From an uncultured delta proteobacterium (GTDB taxonomy: Bacteria > Desulfobacterota > WTBG01 > CAIYCZ01): a stretch of 64,000 nt of DNA. The stretch lies in contig CAWDOY010000048.1 of the NCBI GenBank assembly GCA_963803975.1, forward strand, positions 57,642-121,641. The letters are read 5' to 3'. Position numbers and translations under genes: made by a program. Below, one piece after another: positions 44,377 to 54,820 of this stretch; the stretch's first letter is position 1; every line of letters begins with the position of its first letter. A model generated the notes under the pieces. That model saw nothing but the letters and a program-made list of their open reading frames with translations, was not told the origin of the DNA and ran no database searches.

Positions 44377-45888
44377 ATGACAACAAAGACCTTACATAAA
44401 AGAGCAAGCGGTATCCTCCTGCATATAACCTCTCTGCCATCACCATTCGGCATAGGGGACATGGGGCCGGGAGCTTATCGTTTTGCTGATTTTCTGCACC
44501 GCGCAAAACAGAGCTACTGGCAGGTTCTGCCCCTGAACCCCACAGACCAGGCCTGCGGCAATTCTCCCTACAGCAGCATTTCGGCGCATGCAGGAAACAC
44601 GCTTCTCATAAGCCCGCAAATTCTGATCAATGAGGGATTATTAATTGCGGCAGATGTTGCAGACACAGCCGGCTTTCCCGTGGAGCGCTGCGACTACACG
44701 GAAGTCATACCTTATAAAGAACAAATCCTTGATCTTGCCTACGAGCGTTTTAAAAGAACCGATAACCAAAGAAGTGCTTACGAGCAATTCTGCTCGTTAC
44801 AGAAGGAGTGGCTGGATGATTATGCGCTTTTCGTGGTAATAAAAAAATACCACTCCGGTATTGCCTGGGGTGAGTGGGAAAAAAGTCTGCGTGAAAGACA
44901 GGCAAAAGGCCTTAAGAGAATAAATACTGATTTTCGCGATTCAGTAGAGCGGGAAAAATTCCTGCAATACCTCTTTTACAAACAGTGGCTTGATTTAAAA
45001 AAATATTGCAATGAACGGGACGTAGCGCTTATCGGGGATATCCCTATCTATGTAAGCTATGACAGCGCTGATGTCTGGACCAACCCCGATATTTTTAAGC
45101 TGACAGATGACCTGAAGCCGCAGTTTGTGGCGGGGGTGCCACCTGACTATTTCAGCCCGACCGGGCAGCTCTGGGGCAATCCGGTCTATTGCTGGGATGC
45201 GATTAAAAAATTAAAATTCAGATGGTGGCTGCAGCGTATCGCCCATAATCTGCAGCTGTTTGATGCACTGCGCATAGACCATTTCAGGGGATTTGTTGCC
45301 TACTGGGAAGTGCCGGCAACGGCAGAAACCGCGGTGAGCGGTACCTGGGTGGAAGCGCCCGCAGCAGAATTCTTTTCCAGCCTCAATAAGAAATTTCCGG
45401 GGGTGAACCTTATAGCCGAGGACCTGGGACTCATTACCCCTGAGGTGAAGCAGGTCATGCAGCAATTCGGTTTTCCGGGTATGCGGGTGCTGCAGTTTGC
45501 ATTCAGTGAAAACATGCCGGAGCATCCCTATCTGCCGCATAATTATACACAAGACTGCATCGCCTACACCGGAACGCATGATAATAATACCAGCAGGGGA
45601 TGGTTTGAGCATGAAGCAACCCCTGATGACAGGCAGCGTCTGTTCCGCTATATTGGAAGGGAGCTGTCAGGTGCTGATGTGCCGCGCGAGCTTATCCGTC
45701 TGGCAATGAGGTCCGTAGCCAATACCGTCATTACTCCGCTGCAGGATGTTCTGGGACTGGGCATAGAGGCGCGAATGAACCGCCCGTCAACAGCCCGGGG
45801 TAACTGGGAATGGCGGCTGCTGCCGGAACAGCCTGATCCTGCAGGAGATATGCTTCTGCAGTTTACCCATATCTATGGAAGGGAATAG
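44377..45888 (+). CDS. malQ: 4-alpha-glucanotransferase (amylomaltase)
   Basis: RASGILLHITSLP, AGVPPDYFS.TGQLWGNP, RIDHFRGF, AEDLG, YTGTHDN. Confidence 0.97.
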   Translation: MTTKTLHKRASGILLHITSLPSPFGIGDMGPGAYRFADFLHRAKQSYWQVLPLNPTDQACGNSPYSSISAHAGNTLLISPQILINEGLLIAADVADTAGFPVERCDYTEVIPYKEQILDLAYERFKRTDNQRSAYEQFCSLQKEWLDDYALFVVIKKYHSGIAWGEWEKSLRERQAKGLKRINTDFRDSVEREKFLQYLFYKQWLDLKKYCNERDVALIGDIPIYVSYDSADVWTNPDIFKLTDDLKPQFVAGVPPDYFSPTGQLWGNPVYCWDAIKKLKFRWWLQRIAHNLQLFDALRIDHFRGFVAYWEVPATAETAVSGTWVEAPAAEFFSSLNKKFPGVNLIAEDLGLITPEVKQVMQQFGFPGMRVLQFAFSENMPEHPYLPHNYTQDCIAYTGTHDNNTSRGWFEHEATPDDRQRLFRYIGRELSGADVPRELIRLAMRSVANTVITPLQDVLGLGIEARMNRPSTARGNWEWRLLPEQPDPAGDMLLQFTHIYGRE

Positions 45889-45932
45889 AATGGACTATAC
45901 ATAATGGCGCAGTCTTGACAAGATATCTATGG

Positions 45933-46107
45933 AACCACAGAGGACATAGAAGGGACGACTAGTAAGAGCTGGTAACGGAGTAGCGTAATTTTAAGAGAAA
46001 ATAAAAGAGGACACAGAATTACGAGTTGGAAGAGTTAAGGAGTTCGAGTGTGGAGTTTGTTAACTCCTGAACTCCTCGACTCAAACTATAAACTCGGTAC
46101 TCTGGTT
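45933..46107. repeat. short-period (8-9 nt) repeats arranged as an imperfect inverted repeat
   Basis: AACCACAGAGGACATAGA and AGAGGACACAGA; GAGTT run facing an AACTC run; closes with ACTCTGGTT. Confidence 0.55.
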
Positions 46108-46146
46108 AATTTTTAACAAAACCATAATAATCACAAGGAGGAAGCC

Positions 46147-46644
46147 ATGATTATAAGAAAAATTGCATTAGTTACTCTGCTGATATTTACCGTATATAGC
46201 GCAGACGCATTTTCTGCCGAGCTGAAAAAAGAATATTACAAGAATGGCAAATTAAAATCAGAGTGGCATGAAGCGAATGGTAAAAAAGAGGGCTTTAAAA
46301 AAGATTATTATTCAGATGGCACGTTAAGCAAGGAAGAGCACTATGTGAATGGCAGGCCGGAAGGATTGGCGCGAGATTTTAATCCCAAAGGCCAGGTAAG
46401 CTATGAAGCAAATTATAAGGCAGGTAAAAAGGATGGCGTGGTGCGGACATATTATGAAAGCGGCCAGATATTTTCCGAGGAGGAGTATAAAGCGGGCATA
46501 CTTGAAGGGACTTCAAAAAGATACTATACCGGAGGGACCGTCCAGTATCTGAACATCTTTAAAAACGGCCAGAAGATCAGCACCAAAGCATTTGAAAAGA
46601 ATGGTACCTTAAAATATGATAAAAGCTATCCCTATTCGGAGTAA
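46147..46644 (+). CDS. exported MORN-variant repeat protein (YwqK-like)
   Basis: Signal peptide; repeated YY.NG.L..E..Y..GK..G units. Confidence 0.85.
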   Translation: MIIRKIALVTLLIFTVYSADAFSAELKKEYYKNGKLKSEWHEANGKKEGFKKDYYSDGTLSKEEHYVNGRPEGLARDFNPKGQVSYEANYKAGKKDGVVRTYYESGQIFSEEEYKAGILEGTSKRYYTGGTVQYLNIFKNGQKISTKAFEKNGTLKYDKSYPYSE

Positions 46645-46679
46645 GCGTTTGCAGTGCAGGAGATTGCCTGCGGAGCATT

Positions 46680-47103
46680 TCAGGCAATCTCCTTAAGATA
46701 TCTGGTGAACTCTACTTCGTGGTCTTCCTCATCCGCAAGCACGCTTTTGAGGAGTGTTTGCACTTCAGGATGGTCCCTGAACTGCTCTATCTGTGACGCG
46801 TACCTCGCCTTTGCCGCCTGTTCAAGATCAATATCCTTTTTAATCATCTCCGCAATATTCCTGGCTCCGGTCAGTATCCCATTCGCCAAGCTGTATTGTG
46901 CCGCCGTATTTTGTAATAAGGTCAGAGAAAAACAGGATATGAGACATTTCATCAAGCGCTGCGGATTTGAATGATTCTGACAAAACAGTGTTATTTCCCC
47001 GGGCCAGAATGCGGTGACAGATGTATTGCAGCGTCGCGCGGAACTCTTCGTTCATATTTAGGTTGAGCGCTTCCAGCAGTTCCTGATGATGTGCAGAATT
47101 CAT
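46680..47103 (-). CDS. ferritin-like (bacterioferritin/rubrerythrin fold) protein, frameshifted
   Basis: EE..A.LQY, DEMSH, DLEQ.A..RY, DEEDH di-iron motifs over two ORFs. Confidence 0.75.
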
Positions 47104-47151
47104 AAATAATTTCCTTATTACTGTATTACTGGAACTAAGTTTATTATTTTA

Positions 47152-50144
47152 TCAGTTTCTGTATAAAAAATTTATTTCAGCCTTTGTGAGGGTGCGATTA
47201 AATGTAAAAAATGAGGCAACAGCACCATGCCATTGATTTAAGGTCCACTGCCGAGCCGCCAATCCATAAGCGGGTAGCCATGTCATGTGATGCTTCTTTT
47301 GCACAAGATAGCACTTCTTCGCTGTCAATGTAAAATCTTTGCTCCCCATTTTTCCAGGTAAATACATAATGATGCCAATTGGTATCTTTGATCGAAATAT
47401 TACTTTTACCGACTTCAGAATCATTATAATATACCGTAAATCCTCCGTCTGATCCGTTATGATCGATACTTATGATTTTATTTATGTTTTGTGAACGCAC
47501 TGCAATGAGGCAAGAATCTTTCTTTAGCGGGTCTTCTAAACGCGCCCATATTGAAAGCGATCCTTCCTGAGTATTTATTTCAAGGGGCGAACACTGCACC
47601 CGAGTATAAGCATAATCATCCTTGCCTGAAATCATCAATGCGTGTGATCCCTTTTTAGGTCCATCAACTAAAATGGCAGCACCCTGAATTTTTGCTTTCT
47701 GCCCCGTCAACCCTGATAGTGCATAGAGTACATCTTCTTTTTTGATAATCCTGGAAAAATCCATTGCCATTTGAATATTTGGTATGATGTTTAATAATAG
47801 CGCTCTGTCCTGCTGATTGTGAAGCGTGCCATGATTTAGGTCAGCCAGCATTGTTCTTTCAAGATCAACACGCCATTGTTCTGGTATTGCAACAGCAATT
47901 CCTAAATCCCTTGTATCATTGGAAACACCTGACAGCTTTGGATTCCATGTCCTGCTTACCTCAAAGGTAATGCTGGTAGATCCTTTTAGTTCTTCAGGAG
48001 TTACCAGCACTTTTTTCCATGCAGTATTGTTACATAGCTCTTCCTTGATAATTTTATTATCGCCGGTTATTTTAACTGTCACGGGGAACTGCTGTATGTT
48101 TGGATGTGCCGCGTGCAGGAAAAAACTGAAACCCCTGTCGGTATAATTTTCAATATCCATTGACGCCCGAAGCCCTGTCCAGCGAAATCTAACAGGGACA
48201 TTGTCCGGCCAATCAGAGGATGGTGGTGCGCCCCCGGTTTCCCAATTATAAAAACCGATTCCCTCTTTAGGCAATATATCAACCAAAAAAGAAACAGGGC
48301 TCATCATTATACCAAGTTCCCGGCTGTCATTATTTAAACCAATATCTTTAGGACAAAATGTTTTATCAACCCATGTTTTGATTATTATTTCTTTATTTGC
48401 GATACCAGGCACATAGCAATAAAATGCCTTTTCTTGAGGAGAATAAAAGTGATGTTCCAAAACCGGTATATCATTAATGAACAGTTTAAAAAACAGTCCG
48501 CTGTCATCTATGTTACCTCTGTGCGCAGACCCCTTTATCATCAACAAATTTGACCGGGCAACCCTTTGATTAGATGATTCCTTTGCTGTCCACATCATCA
48601 TTTGATCATTTACTTTTTCAAGCGGGTAATAACCGTAATGATTTTTTAGTGGCCACCAGCCAGCTTCCTGCCTTAACGTATAACCCTTTTCACCGAAAGC
48701 ATTATTGTATGATTCAAATGAAAATAAGGCCGTTATTAAAACGATAGGAACAGCATACCGCTTTATATTAAAGTGCTTGAAAGAAAACCCAAATTTAATA
48801 GCAGTAACAATAAGAAATGATAAATATATAACCATTATAAAAAGTACATCTGGAGCCATTATGTGAGGCCCTGTCATGTACAGTATCATCATGATGCTGA
48901 CTATTGAAAAACTGATACCAACTGCCCATCTTTCTTCTTTTGAACGGATATTTCTGTGTATGCCTATGATCATAAGTAACGGGAGAAGATGTAAAACAAG
49001 GTTCAGGTATGCACCAAGGAATCCTAAATCAGAGCTCATTTGCAGATATTGATTATTTGCATTATCAAAAAAGCTGAAAGGTTCTTTATAACGGTAATAT
49101 ATATTGCCCAAATTCCGCATAAATCCGCCGGGACCCCAACCTGCTATTGGTGATTCAATAGTTAATCTGCAGGCCTGCAGCCAATGATCAAGTCGTCCCG
49201 TTTTTTGAAACGCTTCTTGAATCATTCCTCCGATTCCAATTTTATCAAGGCTGGTCATATGATCATTAAACTTAGAAACGAGAGCAAATGATTGTAATGT
49301 TTTTATCTCTAACAATAGAAATGCTCCATAACATAGCAGTAAAAGAATTAATGTGTAGCTAAGAGAGAACAAAAGGGTTTTCTTAAATTTGAGTTCAGCA
49401 CTGTTAACCCACATCCAGATGCATGGAAAGATTAATAAAAATATTATTATGCCCAAAAGGGTAGTTTCCTGTCCTCTTATTAAAAGGCATAAAATTGTGA
49501 GCATAGCTGAAAATATGAATAAATATTTTTTGTTCAGTTCCTTATTTAAAACAAATCCTAAGACACATAATGGTAGAATGAGGAATAGTGAAATTCCAAA
49601 TGAACTGGCATCAAGGCTTAATCCACATATATAGTTTTTTTGTGAAATTAAAAAATCGGGGTTTATAAATTTTTGATAAAGTGCAACTAATGGTGAAGGC
49701 AAGAAAATAAAAGGAATATAAAGTAAAAATTGATATGGAGAGTGATTTCTAAAAAAGATTGAAATAGACAATATGTACAGGAGTGGAAATAGCAAATAGA
49801 TACTTGTCGTATTTTTTAATAAACCAATACCCCATGATGCTGTATTTGGTCCAACAGTAATAAAAGAATTTTGGTCGACAGTCAGGAGACCAAAATAATG
49901 AAATATAAAAGATATAATGATGAGTAGCGCATAATAACTATTAATAAACAGTATATTTTTTATGTATTTTAAATTTATAAAAGCTGAGCTTATGATTAAA
50001 ATAATGATAAAAAATATAAATATTAATATTTATAAATTTTAATGATAGTATAAAATATGCAGAAAATATTATAAATATTAATTTGTTGTTAATAAGCAAA
50101 TAATTTTTAATTTTATTTATTATGCTAAAATTAATTAAATTCAT
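47152..50144 (-). CDS. O-antigen ligase family protein with periplasmic extension and LamG-like C-terminus; ends frameshifted
   Basis: TM helices; R..HW..A..L....PIAGWGPGGF, DNANNQYLQ...DLG..G; two D.R.LG modules; WHHYVFTW...FYID. Confidence 0.75.
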
Positions 50145-50310
50145 GAGAGTATACGGTGAACGATCCGCTGGTGGCTTTTATCATTGATTTTTCTATATGG
50201 TTTCATTACAGTTACGGACATCATGCTCTCACTATGTGCTGCCTGCTGAGCAATGCACTTGATGCAGACAGGATGATTACACGCTCACCCAATACATTTG
50301 TCCGCTCATC

Positions 50311-51420
50311 ATGAATATGAATATATTATTCTTGTTTGATCACTATTATCCATATATTGGGGGGGCTGAGGTTGTTAATAAAAATATAGCAGAATATTTC
50401 AGTAAAAAACATAATGTTACCATTGTAACAAAAAAATTTAAAGGCGTAAAAGCCGGTATTGAGATATTACATGGCGTGAAAATTTGCCGTACACTCAATG
50501 TGCCGCGTCTGCTGCACAGTGTAGTTGCATATGCACGCGCACATAAATTTGCGGACAACGCTGATATAATAATTTCTGCAACGTATGCTTCCGGACTCGC
50601 GGGATACTGGCTGGCCAGGACCTTCAAAAAGAAATCGATTTTACTGGTACATGAGATTTTAGACGAGCATTGGAGATTCTTTAAGCTATTTCACTTCCTT
50701 TATAGATGGTATGAGCACTATATTGTTACCCGTTCCTTTGATCGGTATATAGTGTTCAGCAACTATACCAGGAAGAAATTAACAGAAAAGGGCATACCTG
50801 GAATCGCGCATTTCTGTTATTTATCACGGCGTAGATGACACGCTTTTTTACCCCCGGCCAATCGACAAATCTTTGCGCCGGTCCATTGCCGGCGACTGCC
50901 CGTTTGTGTATCTCTATTTCGGACGTCCGGGGGGCTCAAAGGGTCTCCCGTACCTTATTAACGCGGTACCACAAATATCAGAAGCGATTCCCGGCAGTAA
51001 GCTGGTAGTAATCTTAAGCCGGGAAACAAAGGCAGAATACCGTCTTGCAATGCGCCTCATAGATACGGTAAATAAGCATGGCAATATCAAGGTGCTTGAT
51101 CCGGTCCCCCTTGAACGCTTGCCGGATTATATAAATATCGCGGATACAATAGTCATACCCTCTCTCTCTGAAGGCTTTGGATTTTCAGCTGTCGAAAGCT
51201 GTATGATGGGTAAGCAGGTGGTCTTTACAGAAACAGGCTCGCTGCCTGAAGTCACTTTTGGTAAGCTGGTTACCGTAAAAAAGGCAGACTCTCATTCTAT
51301 AGCTAATGGAATAATTCGCATGTATAATGGCGATTATGAATACAGCGAGCCCAAAAAGTTCACATGGGAGCAAGCCTTTAAGAGATATGAGGAAGTTATT
51401 TTACAGCCTTGGCCGCATGA
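50311..51420 (+). CDS. GT4 glycosyltransferase, frameshift near 50800
   Basis: YYPYIGGAE, YFGRPGGSKG, PSLSEGFGFSAVE, GSLPEV. Confidence 0.85.
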
Positions 51421-51448
51421 GCCCGCTAAAAGAACAGAATTAAAAAGC

Positions 51449-52219
51449 ATGGTAAGCATTTCCTTAATAATTGAACTCGCGAAAAGAGATTATACGGAGC
51501 GTTTTGCCGGCAATGTGCTCGGATCTGTGTGGGCCTTGATCTGGCCGCTCGTGAATCTCTTTATTTATATAATTGTTTTTGGCAAGCTTATGGGAGGCAG
51601 GCTCCCCGGCAGCTCTGATATTTACTCCTATAGCATATATGTTACCGTCGGCCTTGTGCCCTGGATAGCATTTTCTAATTCCATTGCCCGTTCAACATCA
51701 GTTTTTTTAGACAAGAAACACCTGATATCTAAGATCAAAATGTCTCTTCCCTCCCTGCTCATATATATAATTCTTTCTGAAACCATTACCTTTATAATAT
51801 CCATGCTGTTGTTTTTCGTTTTTCTTTTTTTCAGCGGCTATCAATTCCATGCCAGCATCCTGTTAGTCCCGTTTATCTATTATCTCCAGCAGTTATTTGC
51901 TTTTGGCTTTGGGCTCCTTACCGCTACCTTGACCGTATTTATCAGAGACCTCAAGGAAGCAGTGGGGATTTTCCTGCAGCTCTGGTTCTGGTTTACCCCG
52001 ATTGTCTATGTGCAGGATATTCTTCCTGACGCCTTAAAAAAGATTATAGTTTATAATCCTGCCTATATCATAATTAACGCGTACCAGCGCATCTTTTTGT
52101 ATAATGAGTTTCCGGCATTTAATTCCCTGATAGTTCTTACGGTAATTACCCATAGTATTATTTTAATTGCCTATATGACATTCCGCAGTCTTGAGAAGGA
52201 TGTGAGAGATTTTTTATGA
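51449..52219 (+). CDS. wzm: ABC-2 polysaccharide export permease
   Basis: KRD...R..G.VLG..W..I.PL, VFIRD, WFWFTPIVY, NP. Confidence 0.9.
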   Translation: MVSISLIIELAKRDYTERFAGNVLGSVWALIWPLVNLFIYIIVFGKLMGGRLPGSSDIYSYSIYVTVGLVPWIAFSNSIARSTSVFLDKKHLISKIKMSLPSLLIYIILSETITFIISMLLFFVFLFFSGYQFHASILLVPFIYYLQQLFAFGFGLLTATLTVFIRDLKEAVGIFLQLWFWFTPIVYVQDILPDALKKIIVYNPAYIIINAYQRIFLYNEFPAFNSLIVLTVITHSIILIAYMTFRSLEKDVRDFL

Positions 52220-52371
52220 TTCAGGCGCTTGTTTTACTTATCTGGACAGCGTTATTTCTAATCACCGTGTATATATCGTGGATTAAAATATCCATACATA
52301 TAAAGGTCTACCTGCTGATTTTCTATAATGCGGTCTATTTGACCGGCGTTTTCCTGGTATTTCTTTATTAA
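52216..52371 (+). CDS. 51-aa small membrane protein, absent from the ORF track
   Basis: ATGA overlap with the wzm stop; MIQALVLLIWTALFLITVYISWIKISIHIKVYLLIFYNAVYLTGVFLVFLY*. Confidence 0.5.
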   Translation: MIQALVLLIWTALFLITVYISWIKISIHIKVYLLIFYNAVYLTGVFLVFLY

Positions 52372-52400
52372 AAAAACTGACCGAAGAAAAGCATGAATAT

Positions 52401-53589
52401 ATGAATATTATAGTTAATGCATTGCCGTTAACAGGACTGCTCACCGGCATATCGCGCTATGTGCGCTGCCTGTATACCCAATATGCAGCAGCTTCCAGAT
52501 GTCTCGGTATCATATTTTACCGGTTCTGATTGTCTATCTGAAATGCCGCAACAGGCTGAACCAGTTACCTGGTCCCGTGCCGCGAAAAAAATATGGCAGT
52601 TGCCGGATGCTTTTGTGCTTGGTCTCCGCACTCTCCACTGGCTTAATTTTGAGAGACTCATTCGCAGAACCTGTAAACAGGGGAAATGTAATTTGTATCA
52701 TGAAACTGCTTTCGTTCCAGCAGCTGTTGATAATATCCCGATTGTATACACTTTGCACGATCTCTCCCTTATCAACCATAGCGCCACCCACCCTCGGGAG
52801 CGGGTATGGTTTTTCAACCTTTTTTTTAAGCGCCGGATTTCATACGCGTCTCACATAATTACTGTTTCAGAATTTATGCGCAATGAAATCATTGAACAAC
52901 TCGGCATACATCCTGATACCATTACTGCTATCCATGAAGCCCCTGATGTTAACTTTTATCCCCGTTCAAAAACAGACATCGAAGCGGTACTTGAACGCTA
53001 TCGCTTGCCACGTGAATATGTGCTGTTTGTCGGCACTCTTGAGCCCCGCAAAAACATGTCACTCTTAATCAAAGCTCTCTCACGTACCCGCATGGACGTT
53101 CCGCTCATCCTCGCCGGCTGGAAAGGGTGGGGCGACAAGCAATGGTTAGATGATATAAAGCTCTTGGGCCTCGAGAAGAGAGTATTTTTTACAGATTATG
53201 TAGATGAAGAAACACTTGCCTGCCTTTACAGCGGCGCCAGCGCTTTTATATATCCAAGCCTTTATGAGGGATTTGGCCTTCCGGTGCTTGAAGCAATGGC
53301 ATGCGGCTGTCCGGTGATATGTTCGCATGTTGCAAGTTTGCCTGAAGTGGCGGGAGATGCAGCGCTGTTTATAGACCCGACAGATCCGGATGATCTTGCC
53401 CACAAAATAGATCAGGTGCTGGAAGATACTGTGTTGCGTACCATTCTTGTCGAGAAAGGGCTTCAAAGGGCTAAAGTTTTCAGCTGGCAAAAGACTGCTG
53501 CACAAACACTGGATGTCTTTAACAATGTCTTGGCAGCGCACAGCAGCGCCAGAAAGACCAGCAGCAGAAAAAACATCGGCATTAAATAA
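52401..53589 (+). CDS. GT4 glycosyltransferase (mannosyltransferase-like), frameshift near 52480
   Basis: [46 protein letters not shown]. Confidence 0.9.
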
Positions 53590-54798
53590 ATGATACGAGT
53601 TCATAATCTCACTAAAATATTTAAATTGTACAACTCGCCTGCAGATCGGCTGAAGGAGATTGTGTTAGGCAGGAAATACTACCGTGAATTTACTGCCCTT
53701 CAAGACATGAGCTTTACTGTTGCTGCTGGTGAGACCCTCGGCATTATCGGACAAAATGGTGCCGGTAAATCGACCCTCCTGAAACTGCTGATGGGAATAC
53801 TGATTCCTGATAATGGAGAGATTGCTATTGACGGAAAGATTTCCGGCCTGCTTGAATTAACCATCGGGTTTAACCCTGAATTTACCGGTATCCAGAACAT
53901 CTATATGAACGGAACACTGCGAGGCATGTCGAAGCAGGAAATAGACGCAAAACGTGAAAAGATAGTTGCATTCAGCGAACTGGAAGATTTTATCAATGAA
54001 CCAATTAAGACCTACTCAAGCGGCATGGTTATGCGTCTGGCCTTTGCCACGGCGATTCACGACGACCCTCAGGCATTTGTTGTCGATGAGGCGTTGTCAG
54101 TGGGAGACGCTTATTTCCAGCAAAAATGCACAAGAAAGCTTATGGAGTTTAAAGAAAAAGGCGTCTCTATCATTTTCGTTTCACATGATTTGAATTCAGT
54201 AAAATTACTCAGCGACAAAGCCTTGCTTTTAGATCACGGGCAGATTGTTGCTGAAGGCGAACCGGACAAGGTTATCAGTACGTATAATTATTTATTAGCG
54301 AAAAAGACAGAAGGGGTGGAACTGCGTTTGGCGACTGAATCAGGAAAATTAAAGTCTTATGGAAATTTTAAAGCAGAAATTTCTGCTGTTAAAATGCTCA
54401 ATAAACCTGGACAGGACTGTGAGGTATTTATCTCAGGCGAAAAATGTATTATCCAGCTCTTTCTTAAAGCCCAGGAGGACATAAGTGAAATTACGGCGGG
54501 CATATTAATCCAGGATAGATTTGGTCAGGATATCTTTGGCACAAACACCCATCATTTGGCGTTACCGCTATCCCTTAAACGTGGAGAGACCTGCACGGTC
54601 GAATATACAATCGAAGAGTTGAATATAGGGCCGGGTAAATATACACTTTCAACAGCACTTCATACCCTTGATACGCACGTCCATGAATGTTATCACTGGG
54701 CTGATTTTATTAAGTCATTTGAAGTCATTGGCCAAAAAGACTTTGGTTTTATTGGTATATCAAGGCTCAAACCGACCATCCAGATAAAGCCTGTGTAA
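53590..54798 (+). CDS. wzt: polysaccharide ABC transporter ATPase with C-terminal carbohydrate-binding domain
   Basis: GQNGAGKS, YSSGM, DEALSVGD.YFQ.KC; extended C-terminus with GQDIFGTNT. Confidence 0.92.
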   Translation: MIRVHNLTKIFKLYNSPADRLKEIVLGRKYYREFTALQDMSFTVAAGETLGIIGQNGAGKSTLLKLLMGILIPDNGEIAIDGKISGLLELTIGFNPEFTGIQNIYMNGTLRGMSKQEIDAKREKIVAFSELEDFINEPIKTYSSGMVMRLAFATAIHDDPQAFVVDEALSVGDAYFQQKCTRKLMEFKEKGVSIIFVSHDLNSVKLLSDKALLLDHGQIVAEGEPDKVISTYNYLLAKKTEGVELRLATESGKLKSYGNFKAEISAVKMLNKPGQDCEVFISGEKCIIQLFLKAQEDISEITAGILIQDRFGQDIFGTNTHHLALPLSLKRGETCTVEYTIEELNIGPGKYTLSTALHTLDTHVHECYHWADFIKSFEVIGQKDFGFIGISRLKPTIQIKPV

Positions 54799-54820
54799 CA
54801 ATTGGCAATATGGAGACGGT

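Noticed and set aside
46147..46644. YwqK-like gene as part of a toxin-antitoxin pair
   Set aside because: It has a signal peptide and no adjacent toxin; the repeat is a generic MORN variant.
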